The translations under genes were made by a program, and so were the position numbers. A DNA stretch of 63,934 bases, counting the filler, from Octopus bimaculoides (taxonomy: Eukaryota): NCBI RefSeq assembly GCF_001194135.2. It is 5 parts of 4 records of this genome, joined end to end, with 100 filler letters (N's around TTAATTAATTAA, not from the genome) between each part and the next. Parts side by side here need not be neighbours in the genome. Positions count along the whole stretch, not along the records: positions 1 to 16,093 come from NC_068986.1; positions 16,194 to 32,622 come from NC_068982.1; 3 more parts are not named here. One strand, 5' to 3'. Shown here in pieces: positions 12,001-24,615 of this stretch. Within the stretch, counting starts at the first letter, position 1. Each line of letters opens with the position of its first letter. The notes under the pieces are model-generated. The model was given only the letters and a program-made list of their open reading frames with translations. It was not told the DNA's origin and did not search any database.

Positions 12001-12267
12001 CCTACAGGCGCGTGCTCAGAGTAGGCCCACTCACACAGACCTTACTCGCCACGCTCATTAAAAATACTGGGGGCCAATACTTTTCTCTCCCAAAGTATCT
12101 GTCTTCAGTCCTTTTAACCTCGTCCACCACACTACCTCCTTTGCTATAGTCATCTGTCAAAGGAAAACAATCTTCCATTCCCGGCCAAAACAAGGCGGTG
12201 GGCTGATCCTTACGATCAACTCGGCCGATAACCGGATTCGTAAAAATAATTGCGGAAATTTTGATGG

Positions 12268-12873
12268 CACTACAAAGCCTGGAAATTTTGGAGAAAGGCC
12301 TACTCGAATATATCGACCTCGATACTCAACTAGCACTTATTTTATCGACCCCGAAAATATGAAAGGTAAAGTCGACCTCCGCAGGGCTTAAACTCAAAAT
12401 GTGAAGAACCAGAAGAAATGCCACCAAGCATCATGTCCCACACGCTAACGGTTCTGTCAGCTCGCCGCCTTAGAACCAATGACATTGGTTTCCAATTTCA
12501 GCACAAGGCCGGTAATTTCAGGGGTGCAGGTTTGTCGATTACATTGATCCCAGTACTCAACTGGTACTTATTTTATTGACCCCGAAAGGATGGAAGGCAA
12601 AACAGACCTTGGTGGAATTTGAACTCAGAAAGTAAAGCTGGTTGAGCGTTTTATCTGACGTGCTAATGGTTCTGCCAGCTCGCTGCCTAAGAACCAATAA
12701 CTATATTGGTTTTAAATGTTAGCACAAGGCCAGCAAGTTCGGAAGATGGGGATAAGTCAATTACCATCGATTCCAGTGTCCAACTGGTAAGTACTTTATC
12801 GAACTCCGAAAGAGTGAAAGGTAAAGTCGACCGCGACGAAATTTGAACTCAGAACGAATCAACAGACGAAATG
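12268..12873 (-). mobile_element. Three head-to-tail SINE family A copies
   Basis: Units lie at about 12268-12471, 12472-12689 and 12690-12873. Both junctions read gcct(t/a)AGAACCAAT. Confidence 0.85.
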
Positions 12874-12878
12874 CTCCA

Positions 12879-13230
12879 ATCTGATTTGGCAGAGTTTCTA
12901 CATCTGGATGCCTTTCCTAACGCCAACCACTCCGAGACTGTAGTGGGTGCTTTTACATGCCACCAGCACGAAGGCCAGTCAGGCGGTACTGGCAAAGGCC
13001 ACGCTCGAAATGGTGTATTTTACGTGCCACCTGCACAGGAGCCAGTCCAGCGGCACTGGCAACGATCTCGCTCGAATGTCTTTACACGTGCCACCGGCAC
13101 AAGTGCCAGGAAGGCGACGCTGGGCACAGGTGCCATCACGATTTCGCTTTCGCTTGCCCCAAGATGTCTTCGCAAGCCAAGTTTCGTGTCCAATGAAGGA
13201 GACGACGTTGGCATGGGTGCCAGTCGTCGA
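12879..13230 (-). mobile_element. RTE-associated 3' end / minisatellite-containing repeat
   Basis: The reverse strand contains tggttggcgttaggaaaggcatccagatgtagaaactctgcc (RTE-type tail motif). There are three degenerate ttttac(g/a)tgccacc(g/t/a)gcac units. Confidence 0.65.
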
Positions 13231-15249
13231 ATTTAGTTAATAATAATTGATATTAATAATAATATGTTAGTCTTGATTCTATGTAACTTCTCGAGAGAAA
13301 ACAAATTTTTGAAATTTCTCCTAGACAAAAGAAATCAAAAAATGAGTAGAATGGCCGGTTGTAAAGGAGTATATTTTCATTTTCGTTATAACCTACATTG
13401 CTATTTTCGCTTAGTCAATATATTATTAACATTTTCATAGCTTAAATAGCTATTATCGTAGCAATAAAATATATTTCCGTTATCTAAATGACTATGTCTA
13501 TGGCAGCAAGCGAGATTAACATTATCGATACTTAAATTGCTATAACGAGGCATTTGGAATGGTTGAGTGGACAATGTATCAGTCTGAAAGCAGATTTATC
13601 AGTAGTTCGTATAGCATACATACAAATCATACCACATCCCACCGTATCCCACGTATCCCATGTATCCCACTGCATCCAACCGTTACAGGGTCTCACTCCA
13701 CTTGTCAGACAGAAGATGACAAATCGAGAAAGACAGAGAAGGTCAGTTATAGCAGAAATATCCGTTTAATTTGGTTGTTGGAATCGGTCTTTAGCACAAA
13801 GTTAGGTCATGAACGAGTTCCCCTATGGACAAAGGCGTTCCAACCGTGACAATGACTTTTTTGTATGCATAACGTATCGAGGATTAAAGACTATCCACCA
13901 TGTTTACCTCACGAATCGAAGAGGATTGCAATGGCCAATGACAGCGTTCAATGTCACAGACCAAAACACGATTCTTTTTTTAAAACGGCTTCATTGTCCA
14001 ACGTCATTTTTCTTCATGGTAGACTGTTGTTCGAGAGTGATTTAACTGCTATTTCTCGCAGGTCGTGCGACAATGCACAGACCTCCTTGTTGCTGTTATT
14101 ATTTAGCTTCAGGTTCAGAGTGGCGTATTATCAGAATCGTAAAAGCAGCGGACAAAATACTTTTTGCTATTGACTTACGACTCATTACATTCTGAGCTCA
14201 AATCCCGCCAAAGTCAACTTTATCTTTTCTACTTTGTGTAACGAATCGCCTCTTTGGGAACCAGCACTGGTGCCGCACAGTGCGCTGAATATATTGTTGA
14301 TGTTGCTGTTGTTAATATTATTATTATTATTATTATTTTATGTTTGACCTTTGCTTTGCATTTGTACAAGTTGGATCCAAGTCTCACCCAGAGACCTCAA
14401 GCGACAACAAGTTAGAAGTTCATGTAGGTGTTATGCCTAGGGTACCATATATTTGGATTTGTACATAGTATTGTTCTAGAGAATGTTTAAGAAACCATAA
14501 GAAAATTATGTGTGTGTTTTAAAATTTGAGATCACATAGAAAGTATTTTACGTAGGATATGNNNNNNNNNNNNNNNNNNNNNNNNNNNNNNNNNNNNNNN
14601 NNNNNNNNNNNNNNNNNNNNNNNNNNNNNNNNNNNNNNNNNNNNNNNNNNNNNNNNNNNNNNNNNNNNNNNNNNNNNNNNNNNNNNNNNNNNNNNNNNNN
14701 NNNNNNNNNNNNNNNNNNNNNNNNNNNNNNNNNNNNNNNNNNNNNNNNNNNNNNNNNNNNNNNNNNNNNNNNNNNNNNNNNNNNNNNNNNNNNNNNNNNN
14801 NNNNNNNNNNNNNNNNNNNNNNNNNNNNNNNNNNNNNNNNNNNNNNNNNNNNNNNNNNNNNNNNNNNNNNNNNNNNNNNNNNNNNNNNNNNNNNNNNNNN
14901 NNNNNNNNNNNNNNNNNNNNNNNNNNNNNNNNNNNNNNNNNNNNNNNNNNNNNNNNNNNNNNNNNNNNNNNNNNNNNNNNNNNNNNNNNNNNNNNNNNNN
15001 NNNNNNNNNNNNNNNNNNNNNNNNNNNNNNNNNNNNNNNNNNNNNNNNNNNNNNNNNNNNNNNNNNNNNNNNNNNNNNNNNNNNNNNNNNNNNNNNNNNN
15101 NNNNNNNNNNNNNNNNNNNNNNNNNNNNNNNNNNNNNNNNNNNNNNNNNNNNNNNNNNNNNNNNNNNNNNNNNNNNNNNNNNNNNNNNNNNNNNNNNNNN
15201 NNNNNNNNNNNNNNNNNNNNNNNNNNNNNNACTAATGTAAGAAAATAGC

Positions 15250-15601
15250 ATTGGCGTCATCATCGTTGTCCTCGTCGTCATGATCAACACCATGATCATC
15301 ATCGTCATCATCATCAGCAGCAGTAGCATCATTATCCTCTTCCTCCTCCTCCTCCTCCTCCTCCTCCTCCTCCTCATCATCATCATCATCATCGCTGGCA
15401 GCGGCGGCGGCGGTGGTGAAGACGTCGTCGTCGTCACCGACATGTTGTCGCCGTCGTATGCATCGACTCAGCGTCGTCGTCATCATCATCATCATTAACA
15501 TCATCATCATTTAACAAAGAACACAGCATCAACAGCAACAGTGGCAGTAGCATCTTCAGTAGTAGTACTAATAGCAGCAGCAGCAGCAGCAGCAGTAGCA
15601 C

Positions 15602-15646
<45 letters not shown>

Positions 15647-15700
15647 CAGCAGCAGCAGTAGTAATTGTAGTAGCAGTAGCAGTAGCAGTAATAGTATCGT
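15250..15700. repeat. Compound trinucleotide microsatellite (TCA/CCT/GTC/AGT/AGC)n
   Basis: Directly visible. Confidence 0.95.
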
Positions 15701-16052
15701 TCTAACCATCAATATTTCCAATATCATATTCATTATCTTCATTACGAGATAGTCTTTAACAATATTATCATGTCCATCTCAAAAAGTTACCTGGCTGTGC
15801 AGACTTTCAAAAAGCCAGCCACTGTTATAATGCTTTCGACGATAATCTATGAACGTAGGTATGCACATATATATACATAAACACATACATACATACATAC
15901 ATACATACATGCATACATACATATATGTATATATATGTGTGTGTGTGCGAGTGTGTGTGTGTGTATGTATGTATGTGTGTGCGTGTGTGTGTGTGTGTGC
16001 GCGCTCGTCGTGTGTGTGTACGTATACATAAATATCTAATAAGCTCACAAGT

Positions 16053-16093
<41 letters not shown>

Positions 16094-16193
16094 NNNNNNN
16101 NNNNNNNNNNNNNNNNNNNNNNNNNNNNNNNNNNNNNTTAATTAATTAANNNNNNNNNNNNNNNNNNNNNNNNNNNNNNNNNNNNNNNNNNNN
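16094..16193. other. Artificial scaffold join N44-TTAATTAATTAA-N44
   Basis: An exact 100-bp structure, repeated at 32623, 46227 and 62271. Confidence 0.95.
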
Positions 16194-16240
<47 letters not shown>

Positions 16241-16372
16241 TATATATACATGCACCTCCATTATCAATCAATATTTCTGTTCATGTCTTTAAGAAGTCGT
16301 TCAGTACTGCCATAATTTTAGCTATTAATGTTTATTTAAGTGTCACTTGATTGTAATATTGTCAAACAATAC

Positions 16373-16549
16373 CTAATGTTGAAAGTATTTTCGACTTATT
16401 TATACAACTAATAGCACCAGTGAAGTAAATATTCCCGTCACCCATTTCGAAATCAATGTAATCTATAAATGTTTTGTGACCTGCGCTGAACGCACAGTTG
16501 TCTGGTGATTTGTCTTCTATTCCTGAGTGTGGCCACTTTACATATATTG
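16373..16549 (-). pseudogene. LRP-like exon remnant, open 177-bp phase 1-1 exon
   Basis: Acceptor ttctctAG and donor GTattg. It translates IYVKWPHSGIEDKSPDNCAFSAGHKTFIDYIDFEMGDGNIYFTGAISCINKSKILSTL with no stop. Confidence 0.6.
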
Positions 16550-17329
16550 CTAGAGAATGCCTTACATTTAAAACCCTCCAAATTTCCTATAAACTTCACC
16601 ACTTTTATATAGTATACCGCTATTATCTTCGGGAATATTCTAACGATTAGAATTTATATCACTTCTAGTTCCTTGTCCATTCTTTTCCTCTGCCTCCTCA
16701 ACACTGCATTTCACATTTCAATTACTGTGAACATGCCACTGCGCCCCCACCGCCAACAATGAAGACGACAACAACAACAACAAGAACAACAAGAGCACCA
16801 CCACCACCACATCCACAATTTTGTCTACTTCACTCTGGAGAAAGATAATAAAACTCAAATTTTATTAGCTTAATGTCTATCACTGGATAGATATGAGAAA
16901 GTAGAGAAACCCTACGTTGTTGTAAATGTAGTTTTTCTGACCTTTTGCAATTTTAAGATATTGCACTGTAGCTCTGATCTTTTGTTAAATAGAAAAGTAG
17001 TTTTTATCAAGAACACAAAACAACAGCAGCAAACATTTTTGACCTACAAGCATTTTGATCACAGATTCATCGAAGCTGCTAGCAAATTGAACTAGAGACA
17101 TGTTTTCCGTTTATATTAGTAAAACCTTATTCACTTTCTTTAAGCAATTTGGTTAAATTTGACTAAATGAATGTTTGTTAACCGAAACGTTTCTTCTTAT
17201 ATAGCAGGAAAATACAATTTGGTTGATAATAACATTTCCATTATTAGTGATATTCTCAGGTTAAACAGTGAGTGGTAATGTGAAGCTGTAAGCATATCGT
17301 GAAAAGCTCAACTTTTGTTTGAATGGATA

Positions 17330-17468
17330 CGTAATATAGCATCTTTAGTGATGTAAGTGAACAGAAATCAATTATTAAATCGAACACACGTTATAACATG
17401 ATGTCCCATGTCTTGGTTCTCGATACAATAGAAGCCAAGGAAGAAGCCTCTAGAAGTTACTCGACCTG
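17330..17468 (-). pseudogene. LRP-like exon remnant (YWTD-like, one TGA)
   Basis: Acceptor atttccAG. It reads GRVTSRGFFLGFYCIENQDMGHHVITCVRFNN*FLFTYITKDAILR. Confidence 0.55.
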
Positions 17469-17826
17469 CTGGAAATACGCTGTCACTTTAAACACTTTAA
17501 AGAAAGTGACATTGTATAATATATATAGTCAGGTATATATTATAATAAAAAAAAATCATAGCATGGTCATGGCTTGTATATTTTTGATCATTGAACTGCT
17601 CCATGAGATATGAAATGGTGTTAAACAAATAAGAACAATAAATAGTGAAAATATAATTGTGTTGCTAATAATGGTTTCTAAAATATAGACAGAAGCCATA
17701 CGTTTTGAATTATAAGAATAGCCGATGTAATGAACGCTATAAAAGGATGGAAAATAAAGTAGATGTTGGTGGGAATCGAAGTTAGAACGTAAAGTGACGA
17801 ACCTAACTATAAATTCTGATATATAC

Positions 17827-18135
17827 CAGTGCGACTCAAAGTGGTGGTCCGCGGACCGGTGCCGATCCGCAAACCATCAGCTGCCGGTATGCGGCAAGTT
17901 TCCAGAAAGAAACATTATAAAATGCTTATAAAATGCTTATAAAACGCTTACGTAATATTGTATTATTTGTTTACAAAATAAATATAAGATAATAAAATTG
18001 TCAACTTTCATTATATTCATTATATATATTGTTTTCGGTATAAATTAATATTACTAAGAAATATTACCGGTCCCTGGTACATTGGTGGTGGGGGGGAACT
18101 GCGGTACACCACATCAGATAGTTTGAGAAGCACTG
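17827..18135. mobile_element. hAT (Charlie/MER5-like) MITE with perfect 8-bp TSD
   Basis: TIRs are CAGTGCGACTCAAA and TTTGAGAAGCACTG. The TSD ATATATAC lies at 17819-17826 and 18136-18143. Confidence 0.9.
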
Positions 18136-18179
18136 ATATATACTACCCTTTTATGGTTGATAATTTCTTATATAGTTAC

Positions 18180-18325
18180 AAAACCAGAAATTTTGGGTGG
18201 GAGAATAATCTTTTATATTAACCCCATGAGTTGACTGGTCTTTATTTTATCAAACCTAGAAAGATGATACACGAGGTCGACCACGGTGAAATTTTTATTC
18301 AGAATGTAAATGGCCGTATCTAAGC
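18180..18325 (-). mobile_element. SINE family A degenerate copy
   Basis: ttgactggtctttattttatcaaacctagaaagatga...gaggtcgaccacggtgaaatt. Confidence 0.6.
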
Positions 18326-18619
18326 ATTAATTTTGCTCGACGTTCTATATTGCTAATCTACAGCTTCTCTTTTATCAATTATCATACACCCTTATAAATA
18401 TAGTTACAAGAGAAACTGGAAGTAGTATGCACAATATAGAGTTCACTTCTAGCTATTATATTCTTATTTGTAAATTCTGGTTCGCGCTCATATGTCACTA
18501 TCTAGAATAATTTTTTTCCCAATAATTTTTTTTCATTTTTTACTTGTTTCATTTTGCAATAATGGTTGATATTGCCATTGATGTCTTCATAAATTCGCTG
18601 TTACCAACTTTCTTTCATT

Positions 18620-18890
18620 CTTTAGTTCTCTGTTCTTATTTTTCTTATTAAGTACTGAATTGAACTTCAACTCGGAGGAAAGATACTATATCGATGTATC
18701 GCCGATATAATGTTCATTCGCAAGAAGTGTTCAAGAATATTGGTCATCGAAAGTTGCCATAGAAGTCGGTTTAATTTTCTCATTATTATGGGAACATTGA
18801 AATTAGCTCGTCTTTTTATAGACGTTTTCCATTTTAGGGATTTTCGTCTGGATATCGATTTTTGTTTACCAATAATTTTTGTATATGCTG
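18620..18890 (-). pseudogene. LRP-like exon remnant with frameshifts
   Basis: Acceptor ttttgacAG. The pieces YPDENP*NGKRL*KDELISMFP and IKPTSMATFDDQYS*TLL resemble HP.SLAVFED.LYWTD. Confidence 0.5.
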
Positions 18891-20046
18891 TCAAAAGGAA
18901 ATTAGAGTCTGTCATTTGATATATTAAATATTTGTTAAGACTAATCGGCATCTGTCAGTTACTATCTCTTATAGGTTATTGAAAATGTCCTCTTCTATCA
19001 TACCTAATTTCACCCATTCACCATTCTGCTATGAATGGCAAACAAAGCACAACAACAAGTGAGAAAAGTAAAATAATATATCATAACAGCTAAAAAGAAA
19101 CTTACAATCACAACCACATCGTTAAAAAGAATTACAAATAAAAAACGGGGGAAAATACTAGCCACCATTTTGAAATTATAGATTTTACAGTCTCTCCAAT
19201 ATCCGTAAAGATAAACTTTGTTGCAGAATAATAAATATTACTATAGCTCCTACACACATATCCTCACTTAATTTTCATTCATGGTGATTATAGTGATGAA
19301 CATGATAAGAAACACAATCACAGTCATAGTGATAATGGTATAGACGACCATGAAAATGTTGGTAACGTTCTATAATATTTCACAAACATATTTTATTGAA
19401 ATATGTTTGCTAAAGCCATTTGATTTCGTCCACAAATCAATCACCATAAAAACTCCATCACAAACTATACATCCCACAGGTCACTCCACTTCGTAGAATT
19501 AGCAGTTAAATTACATGTGATAGTGACTAAAATACATCATTTGTCATAGGTCAGGCCGATCCGAGTTCATATGCAGGTAAATGTCAAGAACTATTCCATA
19601 TCCAGCTTCTCGAAATGAAATCAAATGTTTACTCTGACTGGCGTCACTAGTCATATTGTATGAAGCAGAAGTTTTTAAACTAAAATATATATATGTATTT
19701 AGATATGTATTTAGAAGCCATATCAATTTAACAACTTGAGATACTTTACTTAAAAAAAGATGATTTTACTATTAGCTGAATATACGAGAGGTCAAAAATT
19801 AGTGATCTTTGCAGTAATTCTTGTTATGAGTTTTGGAGAAATCCCTTCATCGTTTTAAACTTTTGCCCTTGATAATCTGAAAGTAATTTTGTTTACGATA
19901 TTGTTGGATAAATATATCTGATTATTTGCTTATATATATATGTCCACGAGCAATTATGGTGATGTATGTGCGAGAAAATGTACACGGACATACCCAGGCA
20001 CTCACACACACACATACACATGCACGGTCGGATAGACGCACGCACG

Positions 20047-20103
<57 letters not shown>

Positions 20104-20559
20104 TCATACATATATAAATATATGCCCAGTTTTAAGGTGATTTTATGACCTACTACTGACCTGCATGTTGTGAGCCAGATAAGACAGGTGTATAACTCCA
20201 CTTTACGTATATCATAATTACCACCGATGCGACTGATATATAATATGTGAATGTTTCTTGTTAAATCTGACTTTGATGCGCGAATTCCAATATAAGTTGT
20301 GTATTTCAGAATGTTAGTCTCTCTTCTGTTCAATTGAATAATTTAATTCAGTTTTCATAAGTAAAATATGACGCACTGGGTGCATGGTAACTTCTATGTT
20401 GTTTACTACAACGGAAGTTCAGCGTTTTCCATCTTGCGAACTGCACGAAGCAACTTTGCGCGAGAGTTACTTTTAGCTCCCATTTAACTCATTTGTATTT
20501 AACCCTCTTTCCTCACGCCGCACAATTTTCTAATAATTATTAATTTCTATGAAATTTGC

Positions 20560-20820
20560 AACTTTCAATATACAAATTCTGATGAACAACCAAAACGCAG
20601 ACATCAGAGGGAACTGCACTTGTTCGTCCAAAAATTCAACTTTAACATCGTTAGCCCGAGTGAGACTCACAGAGCTAACAGCAGAAGATACATTTATATT
20701 TTTATAAATAGGACTTAATTCTGATCGACCGAAGGTCTAGATAGTAAGTTTGTCGTCAACAACAGTTTATTTCAAAAGTTGCGAAAGCAACAAACATCTG
20801 ATGACTGCGCAGATGCAACC
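20560..20820 (-). pseudogene. LRP-like exon remnant (EGF end + first YWTD blade)
   Basis: Acceptor ttttcAG. The phase-1 frame reads CICAVIRC...TI*TFGRSELSPIYKNINVSSAVSSVSLTRANDVKVEFLDEQVQF. Confidence 0.5.
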
Positions 20821-21466
20821 TGAAAATCTAGTGCGAGGAGAAAAAATATCAGAGGGAATTTAACTAGCAGGCTCTAGAGATACTCTATGCTCTTTTTTAA
20901 TGCATCTCAAGTAATATTTGGTTTATTCGTTCATGGAAAAGTCTTTCTTAAAAGCAAAGCTAGATCAACTATCCTGAAGATCATTGTTGGAACGTACACT
21001 TTGAAAATCATCTAAATCTAACCCTTATGTTAACATTTTAAAACATCCCGATCATAATTTCCTGCGCAAATTATTAACCCGTAAAAAAATTCTATGAAGT
21101 CTTCTGCAATTGAAAAACAAAGTAACTGTTAGACTCAGTAAAATGCTAGCAAATGTATATAAAATTAAAGGTACTCGTAATTTGTTTCATAACCAACTGC
21201 ATCATCTATTATGAAGATGTTGATAAATGAAATGCATCAGCGGACTTTAGAGCCATCACTTTCATTACCATCTAGAAAATGAAAAACGATCGGTTCGAAC
21301 ACAGAAACGAAGTCAAGATTCTCACCTGCATAATGGACCAAGATTTTAAGCAATTAACCGTTGCTATCGTATAAAATGGTTGTAGATTATTTTGTAAAAA
21401 AATATCGACCTTATTATAAGAAAAATGTGAATATCAATTTTTTAACATGACATTAATAAATCTTGA

Positions 21467-21733
21467 CTAAGTATCTACTGGACTCCCATGATATGTCCTG
21501 CAAAAAACATTCGACGACAGATAAGATAAACAACAGCAAATGTTAGCTTTCCATGCAGAACAGGAGGAAAAAAGAATGCACGACGTCTTTACACTGTTCA
21601 ACACCATCAAAGACGACTTACTCCAGGAATCGAAATTATCTATGGAAACAGAGGACAGACTATATAATCTTGTTTTTGCATTGAATTCCAATATGCAGAT
21701 GGCAAAATTTTGAAGATTTTTTAAGAAAACCAA
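21467..21733 (-). pseudogene. Open 88-codon segment of the LRP-like locus (YWTD-like + Cys-rich)
   Basis: FAICILEFNAKTRLYSLSSVSIDNFDSWSKSSLMVLNS...CSAWKANICCCLSYLSSNVFCRTYHG. Confidence 0.45.
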
Positions 21734-22076
21734 CTACATTGAAAAATACATCGGATCATGTAGTCACCGTTATATACGTACAATCTGGCATATACATAAA
21801 GACAACCGGTGCGTGTATGTTTATTTTACATTGAGATGGTGACTCTTAATAGTGGAGGCATAGACATATATTTAGAGGAATTTTTAAATTCCTGACCACA
21901 TCAATATAACTTTTGATATTTTATTTCATAAATTCGTGCTCGGAGAATTGCGTTAATTTAACAATGTGTATCATGATATTGACGGTTTAATGATCACTTG
22001 TTCGAAAGTCTTTGATAAGATGAATTACTAATAGCTGCTTGACAATTGGTTACGAAAGTATTTTAAGAACACTCAC

Positions 22077-22207
22077 CTAGTCACGCATATCCATTTTCTT
22101 AGAAATATTTATTAGCACTTTCTGAATTAATTATCTGTACTATTACCAATGTTAGTTTCATGATTATCGATGATTTTATTTATAGACAGAGGGAAGTGAT
22201 TTAGCTG
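22077..22207 (-). pseudogene. Exon-like segment with strong splice sites, stops in all frames
   Basis: Acceptor cctttttgttcctgcAG and donor ctag|GTGAGT. Confidence 0.4.
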
Positions 22208-22419
22208 CTGCAGGAACAAAAAGGTATTTCTTGATGTGTTTTAAAGATATCAGACTATAACTTCTTCATTTCGTTATTAGCAATTCCAAGTGATGTCAAG
22301 CTCTATCGCGTGCCGATATTCAGAAATCATAGACGGATGACTGGATGGGGTAGGGTCAGAGAATTCACAAATCGGATGTTTATTTTGTCATTTTTATTAT
22401 GTTTATTTTGTCATTTATG

Positions 22420-22560
22420 AAGGAGGGTTTGGAATTTGGCTCACGACCGAAAGGTTGCGAATTCGATTCCTGGCGGTGCGTTGTGTCACTGAGCAACACA
22501 CTTTATTTGACATTGCCCCAGTCTACAGTTTGAAATTAAGAGCCAGCACAAGTAGAGTCG
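22420..22560 (+). mobile_element. tRNA/CORE-like SINE 5' fragment
   Basis: ggctcacgaccgaaaggttgcgaattcgattcctggcggtgcgttgtgtcactgagcaacacactttattt. Confidence 0.7.
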
Positions 22561-23119
22561 AGGTTGATATTGGTTGCCTCTAGTAATTTAGGTCAAAAAC
22601 TCCCAATTCAATGAGCAAATCTCTTCCATCGTTTAAAGTGGTTTTTCTATGACGAGAACAGGAAGGAAGCAACTATAGTGGTGTTTTTCTCTCCGTAACC
22701 TTTTGTTGATTCCGATGATATTGAAACGTTCTTAACGAAAATAGACTCCAAATTTATGGCTGATTAATTTTTTAATTAAACAAAGCATTACTCAGTCTGT
22801 GGAGTGTTCTTTTACTAACAATCGAATTTCCGCTAATTTTCAAGTAAGATCCGAGAATATCTGCTGAAGAATTCATTTACTTAAAGTAGGCGACGAACAG
22901 TCACCCCAAAATGTATTTGTATCATATAATATTATCTCTTCACTGCATTACCTATTTTGGATGCACGCAGTGTTTAATAAGACTAAATAACGGTCAATGG
23001 AGCATGCTCAAATTATATACTGAAAGATTACAAATGTATTGTCAGAAGCGATGCACCAAATGAGCTAGCATGCTATACGCTAGCTTTAACAAAATATATT
23101 TAGAAACACAATAATGTAA

Positions 23120-23266
23120 CAAAGTTGTTCTGCAAACTTTTAGTTATCCAGCTCTCTACTACTCATATGAACATTCAAATGGTTTCGATATAAGTGACAA
23201 TATGAATTTCTAGGAGATGCACGACTGATAAAAGATAACAAACCTGGTACATATATTCATAACTGA
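23120..23266 (-). pseudogene. EGF-like exon remnant
   Basis: Acceptor ttttgtcatttcAG. It reads MNICTRFVIFYQSCIS*KFILSLISKPFECSYE**RAG*LKVCRT. Confidence 0.4.
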
Positions 23267-23502
23267 AATGACAAAAACGTACTAATTATCGACATATCAA
23301 TATCAGCTAACTAGAACGGTGTGAAGAATCCACGTGAAAACTAAGCAATTAGACCTCTCTAGATTGTGAATTGAAATATTATGCCATTAAAAAAGTGGCA
23401 CAACTTAATACATAACTAATTCTGTAAAACCAACACAATAAAAGCAGATATATGTTACAGAAAATTGTATTATTACAGCCTGTAAATTTTGATAACAATT
23501 GA

Positions 23503-23647
23503 ACTGCTACTTATTTTATCGACCTGGAAATAAAAAAAAGGAAAAATCAACCTCAGCGGAATGTGAACTCTGAACTTAAAGACAGTCGAAATGCTGCTAA
23601 CCATATTGTCCTCCGGTTTGCTAACGATTCCTCCAGCTCGCCGCTTT
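23503..23647 (-). mobile_element. SINE family A 5' fragment
   Basis: Ends ...ctaacgattcctccagctcgccgc on the plus strand. Confidence 0.7.
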
Positions 23648-23739
23648 GAATAATAATGATAATGATAATAATATTAATAACAATAATAATAACAACAACA
23701 ACAACAACAACAACGACCATAAATGATATTAAATGCATT

Positions 23740-24127
23740 GATGCAGTACCGGGCACTGACACTTACGGCTTCTGTTCTTAACTGATTCGAAGTGCTATCA
23801 TGTACATTATTTTGTCTTGGTATAAAAGATGGGCTACAGCAAATATTCTGTTCAGTACCACAGATTTGCTTGTCAGTTGCATGACCTTAAACCAGTTGAG
23901 CATGTCCCTTGGTGGCTGACGATATATGCATCTCTGATCATGAGCAGAAGTAGTGGGGGAGCATCATAGCCATGTGTTGAGAGGAATTCGTTGGGGTTTG
24001 AATAATTCGCCTCTGGAAACATGGGTGTTTCGTTCAACATCTTTAACACACCTTTATTCAGGGACTTTATGAGTAGGATGGGCTACTGGGCCTGAGGAAA
24101 ATTCTAATTGGACCCCACCTGCAAGGT
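23740..24127. repeat. Unclassified interspersed repeat family D (about 385 bp)
   Basis: Colinear with 29996-30295: tataaaagatgggctacagcaaatattct...gcagaagtagtggggg...gaaaattcta. Confidence 0.8.
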
Positions 24128-24129
24128 TC

Positions 24130-24615
24130 TCTGGTATTTCATTTATCAACCCCGAATGGATGAAAGGCAAAGCCGATCTCGGCGAAATTTCAACTCAGAA
24201 CGTAGTGACAGGCGAAAATCCTTTCTATTAAAGGCACAAGGCCAGAAATTTATGGGGGCTGGGGGGACTAGTCGATTATATCGACTCCAGTGTTACACAG
24301 GTACTTATTTCATTAACCCTGAACGGATGAAAGGCAAAATCGACAATACAAAACAGACATAAAGTTGGGGGGGCCTTACATATAATGAAACGATGGAATA
24401 ATTAAATAAACAAACAAAAATGGTGTAAGTACACACGGTATACAATGAAAAGGAAGCGATATATACATAGTATACAAAGGTTAACAAAAGAGAGGGTATG
24501 ATAGAGGTATAGTCCTCTTGATACAAGTGATAATCGAGGACCCCACTATCCAAGATCTCCCTGAACACAAAGAACAAAGTCAACCTCGGTAGAATTTGAA
24601 TTCAGAGCGTAAAAA
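24130..24615 (-). mobile_element. Two SINE family A copies, the second split by a 230-bp insertion
   Basis: The SINE consensus ggcaaagtcgacctcgg is interrupted. TSD copies are caaaatcgac (24335-44) and caaagtcaac (24575-84). Confidence 0.75.
24345..24574 (-). mobile_element. 5'-truncated LINE-like 3' end (possibly L1/Tx1 type) inserted in a SINE
   Basis: Flanked by a 10-bp TSD, with pyrimidine-rich 3'-UTR-like composition on the minus strand. The family is inferred only. Confidence 0.5.

Noticed and set aside
12871-13240. GC-richer 121-aa and 97-aa ORFs
   Set aside because: They lie wholly within a minisatellite-bearing RTE-associated repeat. Overlapping ORFs in several frames reflect stop-poor composition.
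16138-16149. TTAATTAATTAA as a biological palindrome or PacI-like site
   Set aside because: It is centred in exact 100-bp N blocks four times, so it is an assembly linker.
20578-20830. CTGATGA hits at about 20579 and 20799
   Set aside because: There is no correctly placed stem II plus GAAA, so these are chance matches.
21530-21712. Plus-strand helical-looking peptide MLAFHAEQEEKRMHDVF...
   Set aside because: It is the in-register antisense of the minus-strand LRP-like segment, with no supporting context on the plus strand.
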